A stretch of 64,000 bases of DNA, taken from positions 194,754-258,753 of the forward strand of contig CAYTYR010000001.1 in NCBI GenBank assembly GCA_964441745.1, written 5' to 3'. This DNA is from an uncultured Clostridia bacterium (GTDB lineage Bacteria > CAYTYR01 > UBA6262). This document shows, piece after piece, positions 9,603 through 19,050 of this stretch (position 1 is its first letter; every line of letters begins with the position of its first letter). The notes below the pieces were generated by a model. It was not told where the DNA came from. It searched no databases and saw nothing but the letters and a program-made list of their open reading frames with translations. A program made the translations under genes and the position numbers.

Positions 9603-11736
9603 GGGCATCTCCTGCCACGTTTTCCCCTGACTCAACACGGGAATCGTCAGTATTTGTTTTTGCGGATTGCTGCCAATCATCAGCAATCTTTTTCCAGTCA
9701 GCCGATCTTTCACTTTCACCAGTCCAGACATCCCAGAAATCAGGATCATCAGACTGAGGTTGTTGTTCTTTGGGCAAGTGATTCATGCGAACCAACACAG
9801 GAAGCTCCGAAGCCCAGCCAAGGAGAATTGCATTCTGTGATGGTAAAGAGGGTAAGTCTCTTAAAAGACCCCTCAAATTATCAGGAACAAGTTTATTCAC
9901 TAATTCCTGATCATGGTCATTACTGATACGATGCAATAAGAATGTATTACATTGAGATAGCACTGTAGGAGATAGTTCTGAAGGTCGTTGAGAGGACAGA
10001 ACTAATCCAAGACCAAACTTACGCCCTTCACGGGCTATCTTTTCAAAAACCTGACAACACATTGAAGACGCATCCTGGTTTTCTGTATCTTCTTTGTATC
10101 TCTTTACAAAGGTATGTGCTTCTTCCATTACCAAAACAGTGGGCAATGTTTTATGTTCAGCGTGTAATTTGCGATACCGTTGTAAAGCTTCAAATGTCAT
10201 ACGTGCAATCACGGCTGTTATAATGTGAATAATTTCGGGGGGCACTAAGGAAAGGTCCAAAATAGTAACAGTTCCATTTTCAGCATTATTGCTCCCAATA
10301 TGTTCAGTTAGCCAACCATCCAGAGTTTCACTGGACTCTCCAGTAATGGTTTTCATTCGTGTATCAGAAAGCATTGTACGGATACGCATAACAAGAAAAT
10401 CTGTGTATTGGGTAACATTTTCTTGAATAGAAAGTTGCTGAATATGATCAGCAAATGCAACTCCATCAAAAGCTATTGGGCAATCTTCCTCTGGGCCTTC
10501 TTGATATATAATTCCACCAAGCTTATCAATCAAGACAATACATGCGTCAATAATATTCTTAACAACCAGCTCAGTAAAAGCACTATAGTATTCGACATCT
10601 TTTTGAGTTTGCTTATCCTTAAATGTTTTGAAGGTTGCACGCAACGTATTATCAATTTGGGATTTAATATTGGCCATCTCTGATGTATATTCTGGAAAAG
10701 ATGGAATCTTATTATTAACATCCTCTCCAACTGCTTTAAGTCGAAACCCGAACTTTGTTTCCTCTGACTTTAACGCGCCACTTCGTAAATCACGTTGGAT
10801 AGATATGAGAACTGTTGACAGATATCGACGGAGTTCCAGGCTTTGCTCTTCATTTGTTTGAGTGGCGGAAATGACATGCCCAGATTTGATTTCCCTCAAT
10901 GCTCTTTTTAGCAGCGGTCGCTGTGTCTTCCCACTTGCCTGAGTAAAAGCGGACCATTCAGCGCTATTCCAGAACCAAAGAGGCACTTGCAATTGTTTTA
11001 AAGTGTCTTTTGTGTCAACCGAATATATTCGCGCATTTTTAAAATCTTTAAACGCTCGGGAATATTCGCCATTCGGATCAAGCACAATAAACCTAGCATT
11101 TGCTTTACTCTCATTTTTTTCAACAGCCTCTAAACACCAACGAATCAATCCTGCGACTGAACACGATTTCCCGCTTCCAGTATTACCCAAGACTGCCAAA
11201 TGACGACCAAATAAGCGATCAGGATCAATAAGCACATTTGCATTGCCTGCCAAAGGACTTGTGCCGATTTTGACTCTTCGTTTATCGCCAGATTCGACAA
11301 TTGATCGCAACTGTATTTGGGTAGGAAGAATAACACTATCCCCAACTGACGGAAATACTTCTACCCCACGACGAAATTTGAAAAGGTGATCACCTTTATC
11401 ATCCTTACCATCAAAAGATAACGTACCTAACGGATTCAAACTCATTTTACGTAATGGATACGGCAAATCAACTAAACCGAAATCCTGCATTCCTTTGCGT
11501 TTGGGGTATTGCGATCGTTCTATTGTGATCCACTCAACCTGTCCAACCAAGTATCCTTCATCACTAGGAATAAGCACATAGTTGTTGATGCGCGGAAACG
11601 CACGTGGAGTGCCAGTATTTAATGCAACCGAATCTGGAGCTTCTATATCAAGTAATACTTTGATTTCATCAGGGGAAACAAAATCAATTGTACCAATTCG
11701 AAGTGAATCAGCATAAGCAAAAGGGGAAATAGTCAT
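9595..11736 (-). CDS. HerA-like ATPase (DUF87, N-terminal HAS barrel)
   Basis: GNTGSGKS, VLDPNGEY, VMEEAH, IAREGRKFG, SQRP. Confidence 0.9.
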   Translation of the reverse strand: MTISPFAYADSLRIGTIDFVSPDEIKVLLDIEAPDSVALNTGTPRAFPRINNYVLIPSDEGYLVGQVEWITIERSQYPKRKGMQDFGLVDLPYPLRKMSLNPLGTLSFDGKDDKGDHLFKFRRGVEVFPSVGDSVILPTQIQLRSIVESGDKRRVKIGTSPLAGNANVLIDPDRLFGRHLAVLGNTGSGKSCSVAGLIRWCLEAVEKNESKANARFIVLDPNGEYSRAFKDFKNARIYSVDTKDTLKQLQVPLWFWNSAEWSAFTQASGKTQRPLLKRALREIKSGHVISATQTNEEQSLELRRYLSTVLISIQRDLRSGALKSEETKFGFRLKAVGEDVNNKIPSFPEYTSEMANIKSQIDNTLRATFKTFKDKQTQKDVEYYSAFTELVVKNIIDACIVLIDKLGGIIYQEGPEEDCPIAFDGVAFADHIQQLSIQENVTQYTDFLVMRIRTMLSDTRMKTITGESSETLDGWLTEHIGSNNAENGTVTILDLSLVPPEIIHIITAVIARMTFEALQRYRKLHAEHKTLPTVLVMEEAHTFVKRYKEDTENQDASSMCCQVFEKIAREGRKFGLGLVLSSQRPSELSPTVLSQCNTFLLHRISNDHDQELVNKLVPDNLRGLLRDLPSLPSQNAILLGWASELPVLVRMNHLPKEQQPQSDDPDFWDVWTGESERSADWKKIADDWQQSAKTNTDDSRVESGENVAGDAHE

Positions 11737-13097
11737 TTATCTCCTTCTAGTTCTTTTCTGCCCGTTTCACTTTGTTGTGTCCCGAAACGAGACCTTAGGA
11801 TTTCACTCATTCGAAAGGTCGCACGATCAATTGCTGATTTTGGCAGGTACTGATCAACAAGGGTTTTAAAGTCGCCCAAGTGGTTTCCAATAAGCAAGGT
11901 AATTTGCGAAGGCCTGCCAAGCTTATCATAGGTTCTCATAATTCGATCTAGCTTGTCATCATAGGAAATTACAACTAAGTGTGTTGAAGGAATGGTTAAC
12001 ATGTCTTCAATAGAACGGTTGATATGTTCATCCCCAAAGCTGTAGCCATAAGTTATTAAGGCACTATTGGGCCGGCAGACTCCAGCTGCAAAATCACGAA
12101 AAAGTTCTACATATGGATACTCAGAAGTTTCCCGGTCCTTTGACGCATTAGGATAAATCATTACATTGTGGGCAGTGGCGCCAGCAAGTGCTGGTGCTTT
12201 CAAAAAGGGATCGAGGGTTTTAGCACCAAAAGGAAGTCCTATACGCCGAATTTCTTCACCACACTGAACCCAATCAATAGAACCATGCAATTTTACAAAA
12301 CGGGCAACGCCCTCTAAGTAACGAGGTTCACCGCGAATTCCTGGGGGATTGTAATGCATATCTAAATCAAGACGCGATGACCGAAAAATGGGCATCAGGC
12401 TACCAACAAAACGATCCAAAAGATGAAGCCCAGCAATTTCTGCTCCTGCTTCAATAAGTCGGTCGTAATTAGTAGTAAAAATTTGTAAACGATCGCTCGT
12501 ACCTGTACGACTGGCAAAACTCATTAGAAAGTTCACAAGTATATTAAAAGCTTCAATACGTATTGATTCTTCGGCACAAGCAATACCAGATTCACTGACC
12601 AAAATTGATTGTGCGAAATCATTTAACTTCTTTTCAATTTCGGTTTGCAGCTTAATATTTTTCTTTTTATTTGGAGACAATATTTCTAGTCCGCGCAGGA
12701 GTTCATTGGATACACGAATCTGATCTTCGAAGTTGCCTTCCTTACGCCCGGCTTTTTCTGCTGAAACTTTGGCAATAGCAGCAATTTTATCGTTGTACAT
12801 AGAAAAGACACTAGTGCCCATATCTGTAGCAACTGGCCCCCCGACAAGATGGTGTATAGCATGGGTCAACCCGGAACCAATCAACAGAGACAAATGTTCC
12901 GATTGAAAAAGCGAGGTCAGCCATGGCTCTATGCGCGGACGGAGTTCTTTAATCCCGAACTCTTTATCTTTTTCAATCCAAGCACAATCAGAATCGCCGA
13001 TAATCTTAAATTTCCCGGGCTCACCATCAAATTGAACGGGAGAATGGTCTTCGCGTGTTTTGATAATATTAGGCTGCTGAGTTTTTTCTGCTGTCAT
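11733..13097 (-). CDS. SIR2-family protein (putative NADase)
   Basis: LLIGSG, FTTNYDRLIE, KLHGSIDW, GYSFGDEHIN. Confidence 0.9.
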   Translation of the reverse strand: MTAEKTQQPNIIKTREDHSPVQFDGEPGKFKIIGDSDCAWIEKDKEFGIKELRPRIEPWLTSLFQSEHLSLLIGSGLTHAIHHLVGGPVATDMGTSVFSMYNDKIAAIAKVSAEKAGRKEGNFEDQIRVSNELLRGLEILSPNKKKNIKLQTEIEKKLNDFAQSILVSESGIACAEESIRIEAFNILVNFLMSFASRTGTSDRLQIFTTNYDRLIEAGAEIAGLHLLDRFVGSLMPIFRSSRLDLDMHYNPPGIRGEPRYLEGVARFVKLHGSIDWVQCGEEIRRIGLPFGAKTLDPFLKAPALAGATAHNVMIYPNASKDRETSEYPYVELFRDFAAGVCRPNSALITYGYSFGDEHINRSIEDMLTIPSTHLVVISYDDKLDRIMRTYDKLGRPSQITLLIGNHLGDFKTLVDQYLPKSAIDRATFRMSEILRSRFGTQQSETGRKELEGDK

Positions 13098-14275
13098 TTT
13101 ATACCCCCATATGATTCTGGTTTTACCAACCTCGTTTTGCCAGTTAGCAATTCCTGCATCATGCCCTGCTTGAGCATGATGTATTTATTGCGCTTTTGCG
13201 CCAAGCTCTCAATCTCGGCATCCATATCGGAGAGAATGGCAGCGATTGCTGATTGTTCTGTTTTGTCTTTTGGAATAAATAATTCTAATTCGTTCAAACT
13301 CTTCTTTTGAATATTTGGTAAACCCGAACCAATTCTCAAACCCATAATTGATTTTTCTTTGAATTTTAAAAATTGATATAAAAATCCTTTATCTAAATCA
13401 GTATTTATAATTTTTAATGCATAACAATGCCCGCCTAACCAGAAGTTAGTTTTACAATAATTAACAAAACCGCAGGAATTACCACCTTCGCTTATTGTAA
13501 TTGTGTTTTCAACCATATTCCATTTATCTGTATAACCTGATGTTTCAATTCCACCGTTCCAATCGGGGTATTCTCCTGATGCAGTTAATTCTGACTTGTT
13601 TAACTGCTCTCCCTTCTTTATTTCTGTTATGCTACCAAAAACATTAGTCTCCCACTCACCGCTAAAACCTGGCAATCTTCTTTTGCCAGTGAGGAGTTGT
13701 TGCCCCGTGCCTTGTTTGATGGCTTTCTTTTTGGCGATCAGTTTTTCCAAGTGTTCAATCAGCACATCAGTGTTGGAGAGAACAGTCGCAATAAAGGATT
13801 GTTCGGATTTAGTCGGGGGTAATGGAATGCAATATTTAGCAACTGACATACCAGTTAATTGAGGAATACCACCACTTTCTGAAAATATTTTTACTTTATG
13901 ATTAATATATTCAGTTAAAAATGTTGCATCAATATTTTTATCTGGAAATAAAACAAGCAATCTGCCAATTGCACTATAACCACCACTTCTTGAAAATGCG
14001 GTTCCCAATCCAACCCCTCTACCCACAATGGTTAAACTGTCTCCATTATATTCTGCAACATCATAATAACCATATAACCCATAATTTGAAACTGTGTTTG
14101 AATAAACAGGATATTTGAATTTATCATCTTGATATGTAGAATAGTTCTCTTCTTTCAAATCTCTTCCTACTGAAATGGAAGTAAAAGAACCTACTGGTTT
14201 CACTTCCCAATCCTCTGGGATTACTCCCAGATCTGTTTTCTTATAACCTTTTTTAATCGTTGCGGCTGTTACCAT
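13094..14275 (-). CDS. hsdS: type I R-M specificity subunit S
   Basis: IPEDWEV and two TRDs separated by PPTKSEQ...MQ(Q/E)LLTGK-type conserved helices. Confidence 0.95.
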   Translation of the reverse strand: MVTAATIKKGYKKTDLGVIPEDWEVKPVGSFTSISVGRDLKEENYSTYQDDKFKYPVYSNTVSNYGLYGYYDVAEYNGDSLTIVGRGVGLGTAFSRSGGYSAIGRLLVLFPDKNIDATFLTEYINHKVKIFSESGGIPQLTGMSVAKYCIPLPPTKSEQSFIATVLSNTDVLIEHLEKLIAKKKAIKQGTGQQLLTGKRRLPGFSGEWETNVFGSITEIKKGEQLNKSELTASGEYPDWNGGIETSGYTDKWNMVENTITISEGGNSCGFVNYCKTNFWLGGHCYALKIINTDLDKGFLYQFLKFKEKSIMGLRIGSGLPNIQKKSLNELELFIPKDKTEQSAIAAILSDMDAEIESLAQKRNKYIMLKQGMMQELLTGKTRLVKPESYGGIK

Positions 14276-16644
14276 AAAAATCCCATCTTTTTAAGATGTG
14301 CCTCTACTTTACTAGTAAGAGTTTCGGCTTCGCTAATGAGTATTGGCAATGGTGTGGCATACCGCTCGGCAAGTTCTTTAATACGCTGGGTCAGGCGTTG
14401 GCTGATGCGATCCATTTCGCCCTTGACTGCCTGCTCTAGAGTTGCCATCCATTTGTCATCTACTACCAAAATCTTAATCTCTGATTCGGTAAGTGCCTTG
14501 TATTTAGCGATTACCTTGTCATCAAGCGCCTTTTCGGCTTCTTTAATTTCTTTCTTTTCTTTAGATATTTGTTCTCCAAGCGCAAGACACTCTTCCATTA
14601 CTTTCAGCTCTGCAGCATCGTCTTTATTACCTTTGATTTCATTAATTCTACTTGTTACACTCGCTTTGTTTATTTTTTCAAAATCAGTAAAATATCCGTC
14701 ATCTCCGCCATTTTCTTCAATGAGTTCTTCAATTTCTCGGATGGTGTTATCAAGTTTGTCTTGTAGCTCTACTATTGTCTGCTTTTCACTGGCAAAATAG
14801 CGGTTGATAACCAAATATTTGGGTGCGAGGTCGCATTCTCCTTCGCCTTTTTTCCCTTCTACTGGATCAAGCTCTGCCTTCCATCCATCAACGGCAATCA
14901 GATACATATCGTCTTGCATTGTCTCTGCCCAATACCCCATCAAATGCTGATAAATATCGTACTTATCAATTAAATTAGTTTTGCTGAATGCCGACAAAAT
15001 ATCCTCAGATATTCTATGGATAATTTCCTTTGGTTTTGCTCCAACGGTCAATTTCTTAAGAAGAACTGTATTCTTTTCTTTCCAAGCGGCAAAAGTCGCT
15101 TCCATTACTTTGGCGTATTTGGTAAATTCTGGATGTGAAAAAATGGCATGCTTGATTTCTTCCTGTGCGATCTTGAGCTTGCTGTATCCCTTTCTCTTAC
15201 TCTTACCAAGAAGCGAGGTTTTGAGGGTCGGATACACGCTCCAGTAGTTTTGTAAATCTTCAATATCTTGAGTTGGAATGTCACCCTTAAGATGTGCTTC
15301 AATGTCTTGAATGTCTTCGGCTTCTTGACTGTCTATGTAGCGAGGAATATTAAGGTTAAATTCATTCTTCTCAATCTCGACCACACTAACCATGCGCGAG
15401 TATTTTGGGATTTCCAGTTGTTTATTAAATACATCTACAATCTTATGAATATCCTGGGCACGCAAGCGGTTCTTGTTACCATCCTTTACAAAGCCCATGC
15501 CCGCATCAATCATAAAAATCCCTTTGCGGCTATCAGCATTTTCTTTGTCAAGAACGATGATACACGCAGGAATACCAGTGCCATAGAAAAGGTTGGCTGG
15601 TAGTCCGATAATACCCTTAATATAGCCACGGGATATAAGGTTGGTGCGAATCCCTGCTTCAGCATTGCCACGAAAGAGCACGCCATGAGGGAGAATACAT
15701 GCGCCTTTTCCAGTAGTTTTCAGTGAACGAATAATATGAAGAAGAAAAGCATAGTCGCCATTTTTGGGAGGCGGAGTGCCAAAATCCTGAAACCTTCCGA
15801 ACACATCATGTACAGGATCAACGCCATTGCTCCATGATTTGAACGAGAACGGAGGGTTAGCTATGACAAAATCAAAGGTCTTGAGTTGACTGCCATCTTT
15901 GAAAAGCGGGGTTGAAAGAGTATTTTCTCTTTCAATTACCGAAGTTGGATTGTTATGTAAAATCATGTTCATCCGCGCCAAAGCTGCAGTGGCATTATCC
16001 ATTTCCTGACCGTAAAGTTTAACATTTTTATCTGTTTCATCCGCTACTTTCAAAAGTAAAGAACCAGAACCGCAAGTAGGATCATAAACGGTTGGAGTCT
16101 CGTTTGTCGTACTAGCAATACCAATGGTCTTGGCGATTATACGACTCACTTCCGCAGGCGTATAGAATTGTCCTTTGCTCTTACCGCTCTCGGTGGCGAA
16201 GTGTTTCATTAAATATTCATAAGCATCCCCTAGAATATCATCACCTTCAGCGCGGTTTTTACTAAAATCCAGTGCAGGGTTTTCAAAAATAGCGATCAAA
16301 TTGGAGAGTTTCTTGACCATGTCTGGACCACTGCCCAGCTTTTCCGCATTGTTAAAGTCAGGCATCTCTGAAAGCTTATTGGCTTCGGCGATGGGTGCAA
16401 TTATTTTCTTATTGATATCGTCGCCAATAGTCGTCTTACCTTTAAGCGCCACCATATCCTTAAAGCTTGAACCATTAGGGATAGTGATGGGAGCATAGGG
16501 TACGCCAACATATTTATCAGAGATATATTTAATAAACAACAAAACCAGAACATAGTCTTTGTACTGGGAGGCGTCCATCCCACCCCTAAGTTCATCGCAG
16601 CTTTTCCAAATTGAACTATAGAGTTGTGATTTTTTGATTGCCAT
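14269..16644 (-). CDS. hsdM: type I R-M N6-adenine methyltransferase subunit M
   Basis: GQFYTP, YDPTCGSG, ANPPF, PHGVLFRG. Confidence 0.95.
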   Translation of the reverse strand: MAIKKSQLYSSIWKSCDELRGGMDASQYKDYVLVLLFIKYISDKYVGVPYAPITIPNGSSFKDMVALKGKTTIGDDINKKIIAPIAEANKLSEMPDFNNAEKLGSGPDMVKKLSNLIAIFENPALDFSKNRAEGDDILGDAYEYLMKHFATESGKSKGQFYTPAEVSRIIAKTIGIASTTNETPTVYDPTCGSGSLLLKVADETDKNVKLYGQEMDNATAALARMNMILHNNPTSVIERENTLSTPLFKDGSQLKTFDFVIANPPFSFKSWSNGVDPVHDVFGRFQDFGTPPPKNGDYAFLLHIIRSLKTTGKGACILPHGVLFRGNAEAGIRTNLISRGYIKGIIGLPANLFYGTGIPACIIVLDKENADSRKGIFMIDAGMGFVKDGNKNRLRAQDIHKIVDVFNKQLEIPKYSRMVSVVEIEKNEFNLNIPRYIDSQEAEDIQDIEAHLKGDIPTQDIEDLQNYWSVYPTLKTSLLGKSKRKGYSKLKIAQEEIKHAIFSHPEFTKYAKVMEATFAAWKEKNTVLLKKLTVGAKPKEIIHRISEDILSAFSKTNLIDKYDIYQHLMGYWAETMQDDMYLIAVDGWKAELDPVEGKKGEGECDLAPKYLVINRYFASEKQTIVELQDKLDNTIREIEELIEENGGDDGYFTDFEKINKASVTSRINEIKGNKDDAAELKVMEECLALGEQISKEKKEIKEAEKALDDKVIAKYKALTESEIKILVVDDKWMATLEQAVKGEMDRISQRLTQRIKELAERYATPLPILISEAETLTSKVEAHLKKMGFLW

Positions 16645-16740
16645 ATTTAACTTTTACCTTCCTTTAACTACTTATATACTTCATTTTTCCTGAATCTCCA
16701 AAAAAGGTTGTCTTCTCCCTTACCGTAATCATCTTTACTA

Positions 16741-16944
16741 TTACTCTTCCAGAAAAAAGCCAGCGGATTTTTTGAGGACCTTGGCTATTTTGACTAAGGT
16801 TTCGATTGATGGCACAGAGATTCCTGTTTCATATCGGGAAATGCTTTTTTGCTTTGCAGTGATCTTTTGTGCAAGCTGAGTCTGAGTTAGATCAAGCTCT
16901 ACACGGGCCAGCTTAATTTTTTTACCTAGTTTTTTGGCATCCAT
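16741..16944 (-). CDS. XRE-family HTH regulator
   Basis: LTQTQLA...ISRYETG...PSIETLVKIA. Start ATG 16944 follows an AGAGG SD. Confidence 0.85.
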   Translation of the reverse strand: MDAKKLGKKIKLARVELDLTQTQLAQKITAKQKSISRYETGISVPSIETLVKIAKVLKKSAGFFLEE

Positions 16945-16979
16945 AAGTCCTCTTTTTTGAAATAGCTTGAAAATAATCC

Positions 16980-17088
16980 TTGACAACAATATACCCTGAA
17001 AGGTATAATATAGTCATCTAAAGGGGTATATACTTTTTCTAATATACCTTCAAGGCAATAATATATGCCTATTTTGCAATAAATGCAA
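16980..17088. promoter_or_regulatory. convergent sigma70 promoters with repeated palindromic operators
   Basis: Plus: TTGACA-18-TATAAT (16980-17009). Minus: TTGCAT-17-TATATT (17088-17060). TATACC-N6-GGTATA at 16990-17007, variant at 17043-17060, half-site to 17030. Confidence 0.65.
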
Positions 17089-17098
17089 GGACTTTTTA

Positions 17099-17290
17099 AT
17101 GAGCGTTTTGGCAGTTGAGGAAAATATAAAACCAGAGATACATGAAGTCAGTTTAGACTGGCAGGATAATCCTGCCGTTCAAAAACTGTTAGATGTTGTT
17201 GTTTCTATTATTGCCGAAGAATATATCCAGATAGCAAAGAAGAATCCAGAGGTATTTACAAATAATCAAGGGGGTGTGAAATGCGAGTAG
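17099..17290 (+). CDS. small hypothetical protein overlapping the recombinase start
   Basis: 63-aa ORF downstream of the consensus promoter, with AAGGA SD. Confidence 0.55.
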   Translation: MSVLAVEENIKPEIHEVSLDWQDNPAVQKLLDVVVSIIAEEYIQIAKKNPEVFTNNQGGVKCE

Positions 17291-18606
17291 CCATTTATGC
17301 GAGGTATTCATCGGAGAACCAAAGCGAGAAAAGCATTGATGATCAAATAAGGGTATGCAAAAACTATATCCTGGCCAATGGGATGAGCTTTGAAGAGAAG
17401 CATATATACACTGATGCGGCTATTTCCGGCTCTATCGTAAACCGTCCGGGACTACAAGCCATGGAGAAAGCCGCTGAAAACAAGGAGTTTGAGGCTGTAG
17501 CCGTAGATGATCTATCAAGGTTATCAAGAAGTAATCACCAAATGCTGACCTTAGTCCTTAATTTTAACTATCATCAGATAAAGCTAATCTCTGTATCTGA
17601 TGGGATCATTGCCGATGATGACAACTCCAAGCTTGGCATTCACATCCGGGGCCTTATGAATGAGCTCTATCTTGATGACCTTAAGAAAAAGACTATGCGC
17701 GGGCTGGAAGGACAGAAAATAAGGGGCTTTAGCGTAGGGGAAAAGGTCTATGGATACTATACTGAGCCGGTTGGGGAATTAAAGCTGGATAAAAGAGGCC
17801 AGCCTAAATATGAAGGCAGAGTGCACAAGATAAATATTGAGCAAGCGGATATAGTCAAGAGGGTCTATAAGGAATTTGTTGATGGAAAAAGCCTATATGC
17901 CATAGTAAATGGCCTTAATAGTGATAAAACCCCTACTAAAAGAGGCTATCCTGGGGGTTGGAATATATCCAGCCTAAGCCGAATCTTGAAGAATGAGAAG
18001 TATACCGGCCTATGGATATGGAGAAAATGGAAAAATGTCAGGGATCCTATGTCCGGGAAGGTAAAAAAGGTAGATAGGTCAAAAGAAGAGCAAATAGCCA
18101 GGTTTAATGAACATTTGGCTATAATTGATAAAGAAACCTGGGAAAAAGCCCAGGCAAGATGGGGTATTCTCCAGGGAGCCTGGCCAGTAAGAAAGAGCTC
18201 TCTTAATAAAGGAGTGGTCCAAAAAAGCTATGTGCACGCCACCCCTTCTCACTTATTATCGGGTATCATGAAATGTCATGCCTGTGGTGGCGCTATTGTG
18301 CTTATTAGCGGTAAAGGCAGCGGGTACTATGGTTGCGCCTATAATGCTAAAAGAAAAACCTGTAATAATACCCTGCTGGTGCCGCGAATACGCATTGAGC
18401 AAGCTATAATAGCAGACCTAAAAGCAAAGATATTGACCGCGGAAAACGTAGCCTATATATATAAGAATGTAGAAAAAGTAGCTGCCAAAGGACTAAACGA
18501 GGTTCCTGAGCTTATTAAGAAAAAGAAGGCCCAAGCTGATAAGTTGCTATTGGAAATACAGAATTATCTGAATTACATTAAATGGGATTTAGACCCTATT
18601 ACATGA
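17281..18606 (+). CDS. large serine recombinase, probably C-terminally truncated
   Basis: AIYARYSS catalytic Ser, RPGL, DDLSRLSR, recombinase domain, CHACG...YYGC zinc ribbon. Ends abruptly inside the coiled coil. Confidence 0.9.
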   Translation: MRVAIYARYSSENQSEKSIDDQIRVCKNYILANGMSFEEKHIYTDAAISGSIVNRPGLQAMEKAAENKEFEAVAVDDLSRLSRSNHQMLTLVLNFNYHQIKLISVSDGIIADDDNSKLGIHIRGLMNELYLDDLKKKTMRGLEGQKIRGFSVGEKVYGYYTEPVGELKLDKRGQPKYEGRVHKINIEQADIVKRVYKEFVDGKSLYAIVNGLNSDKTPTKRGYPGGWNISSLSRILKNEKYTGLWIWRKWKNVRDPMSGKVKKVDRSKEEQIARFNEHLAIIDKETWEKAQARWGILQGAWPVRKSSLNKGVVQKSYVHATPSHLLSGIMKCHACGGAIVLISGKGSGYYGCAYNAKRKTCNNTLLVPRIRIEQAIIADLKAKILTAENVAYIYKNVEKVAAKGLNEVPELIKKKKAQADKLLLEIQNYLNYIKWDLDPIT

Positions 18607-18702
18607 TACATACCAAAATTCAAACCCTTGCGTTATTGGATGACAGTCACAAGGGTTCGAATTGGTACTATTTGGCTTGCCAGCCGTAGCTTTAGCGAAG
18701 GC

Positions 18703-18792
18703 TGGCGGAGGCGGAAGGATTCGAACCTTCGGTCCAGTTACCCAGACTCCGGTTTTCAAGACCGGTGCACTCAACCGCTATGCGACGCCTCC
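18703..18792 (-). tRNA. tRNA-Ser(UGA)
   Basis: GGAGGCG acceptor, CCGGT-CTTGAAA-ACCGG anticodon arm, long variable arm, GGTTCGAATCC, encoded CCA. Confidence 0.95.
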
Positions 18793-18804
18793 ATTATTTC
18801 TTTT

Positions 18805-19042
18805 CTGGTTTTTACCCCCTTGAAGTCTACGACTTCATACAGGGAGTACAGGCAAGACCGGTGCACTCAACCGCTATGCGACGCCTCCAACTCCACTGTG
18901 TAATATCTAATTTCCGTTCATCTATATTTGAAACCCGGCCGGTTTTTACCCCCTTGAAGTCTACGACTTCATACAGGGAGTACAGGCAAGACCGGTGCAC
19001 TCAACCGCGGAGTTTATCCGCCAATAGGCGGACGACTCCTCC
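18805..19042 (-). repeat. two 5'-half copies of tRNA-Ser(UGA), each with a 40-nt hairpin in the anticodon loop
   Basis: Copies at 18805-18888 and 18939-19042, with identical inserts at 18813-18852 and 18947-18986. Confidence 0.9.
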
Positions 19043-19050
19043 AATATATT

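Larger units (their letters stand above)
1..18702. mobile_element. tRNA-Ser(UGA)-anchored defence island (left end outside window)
   Basis: Serine recombinase next to the tRNA 3' end, divergent XRE regulator, then co-oriented R-M/TA/nuclease cargo. No second att copy seen in the window. Confidence 0.8.

Noticed and set aside
9603-9749. N-terminal extension of HsdR in the ORF track
   Set aside because: It overlaps the herA coding region; an SD and coupled start exist at 9602.
1-18600. Prophage
   Set aside because: No structural, packaging, lysis or replication genes; the cargo is defence-type.
18805-19042. CRISPR array
   Set aside because: Only two units, the repeats are tRNA-derived, spacers are unequal, and no cas genes are present.
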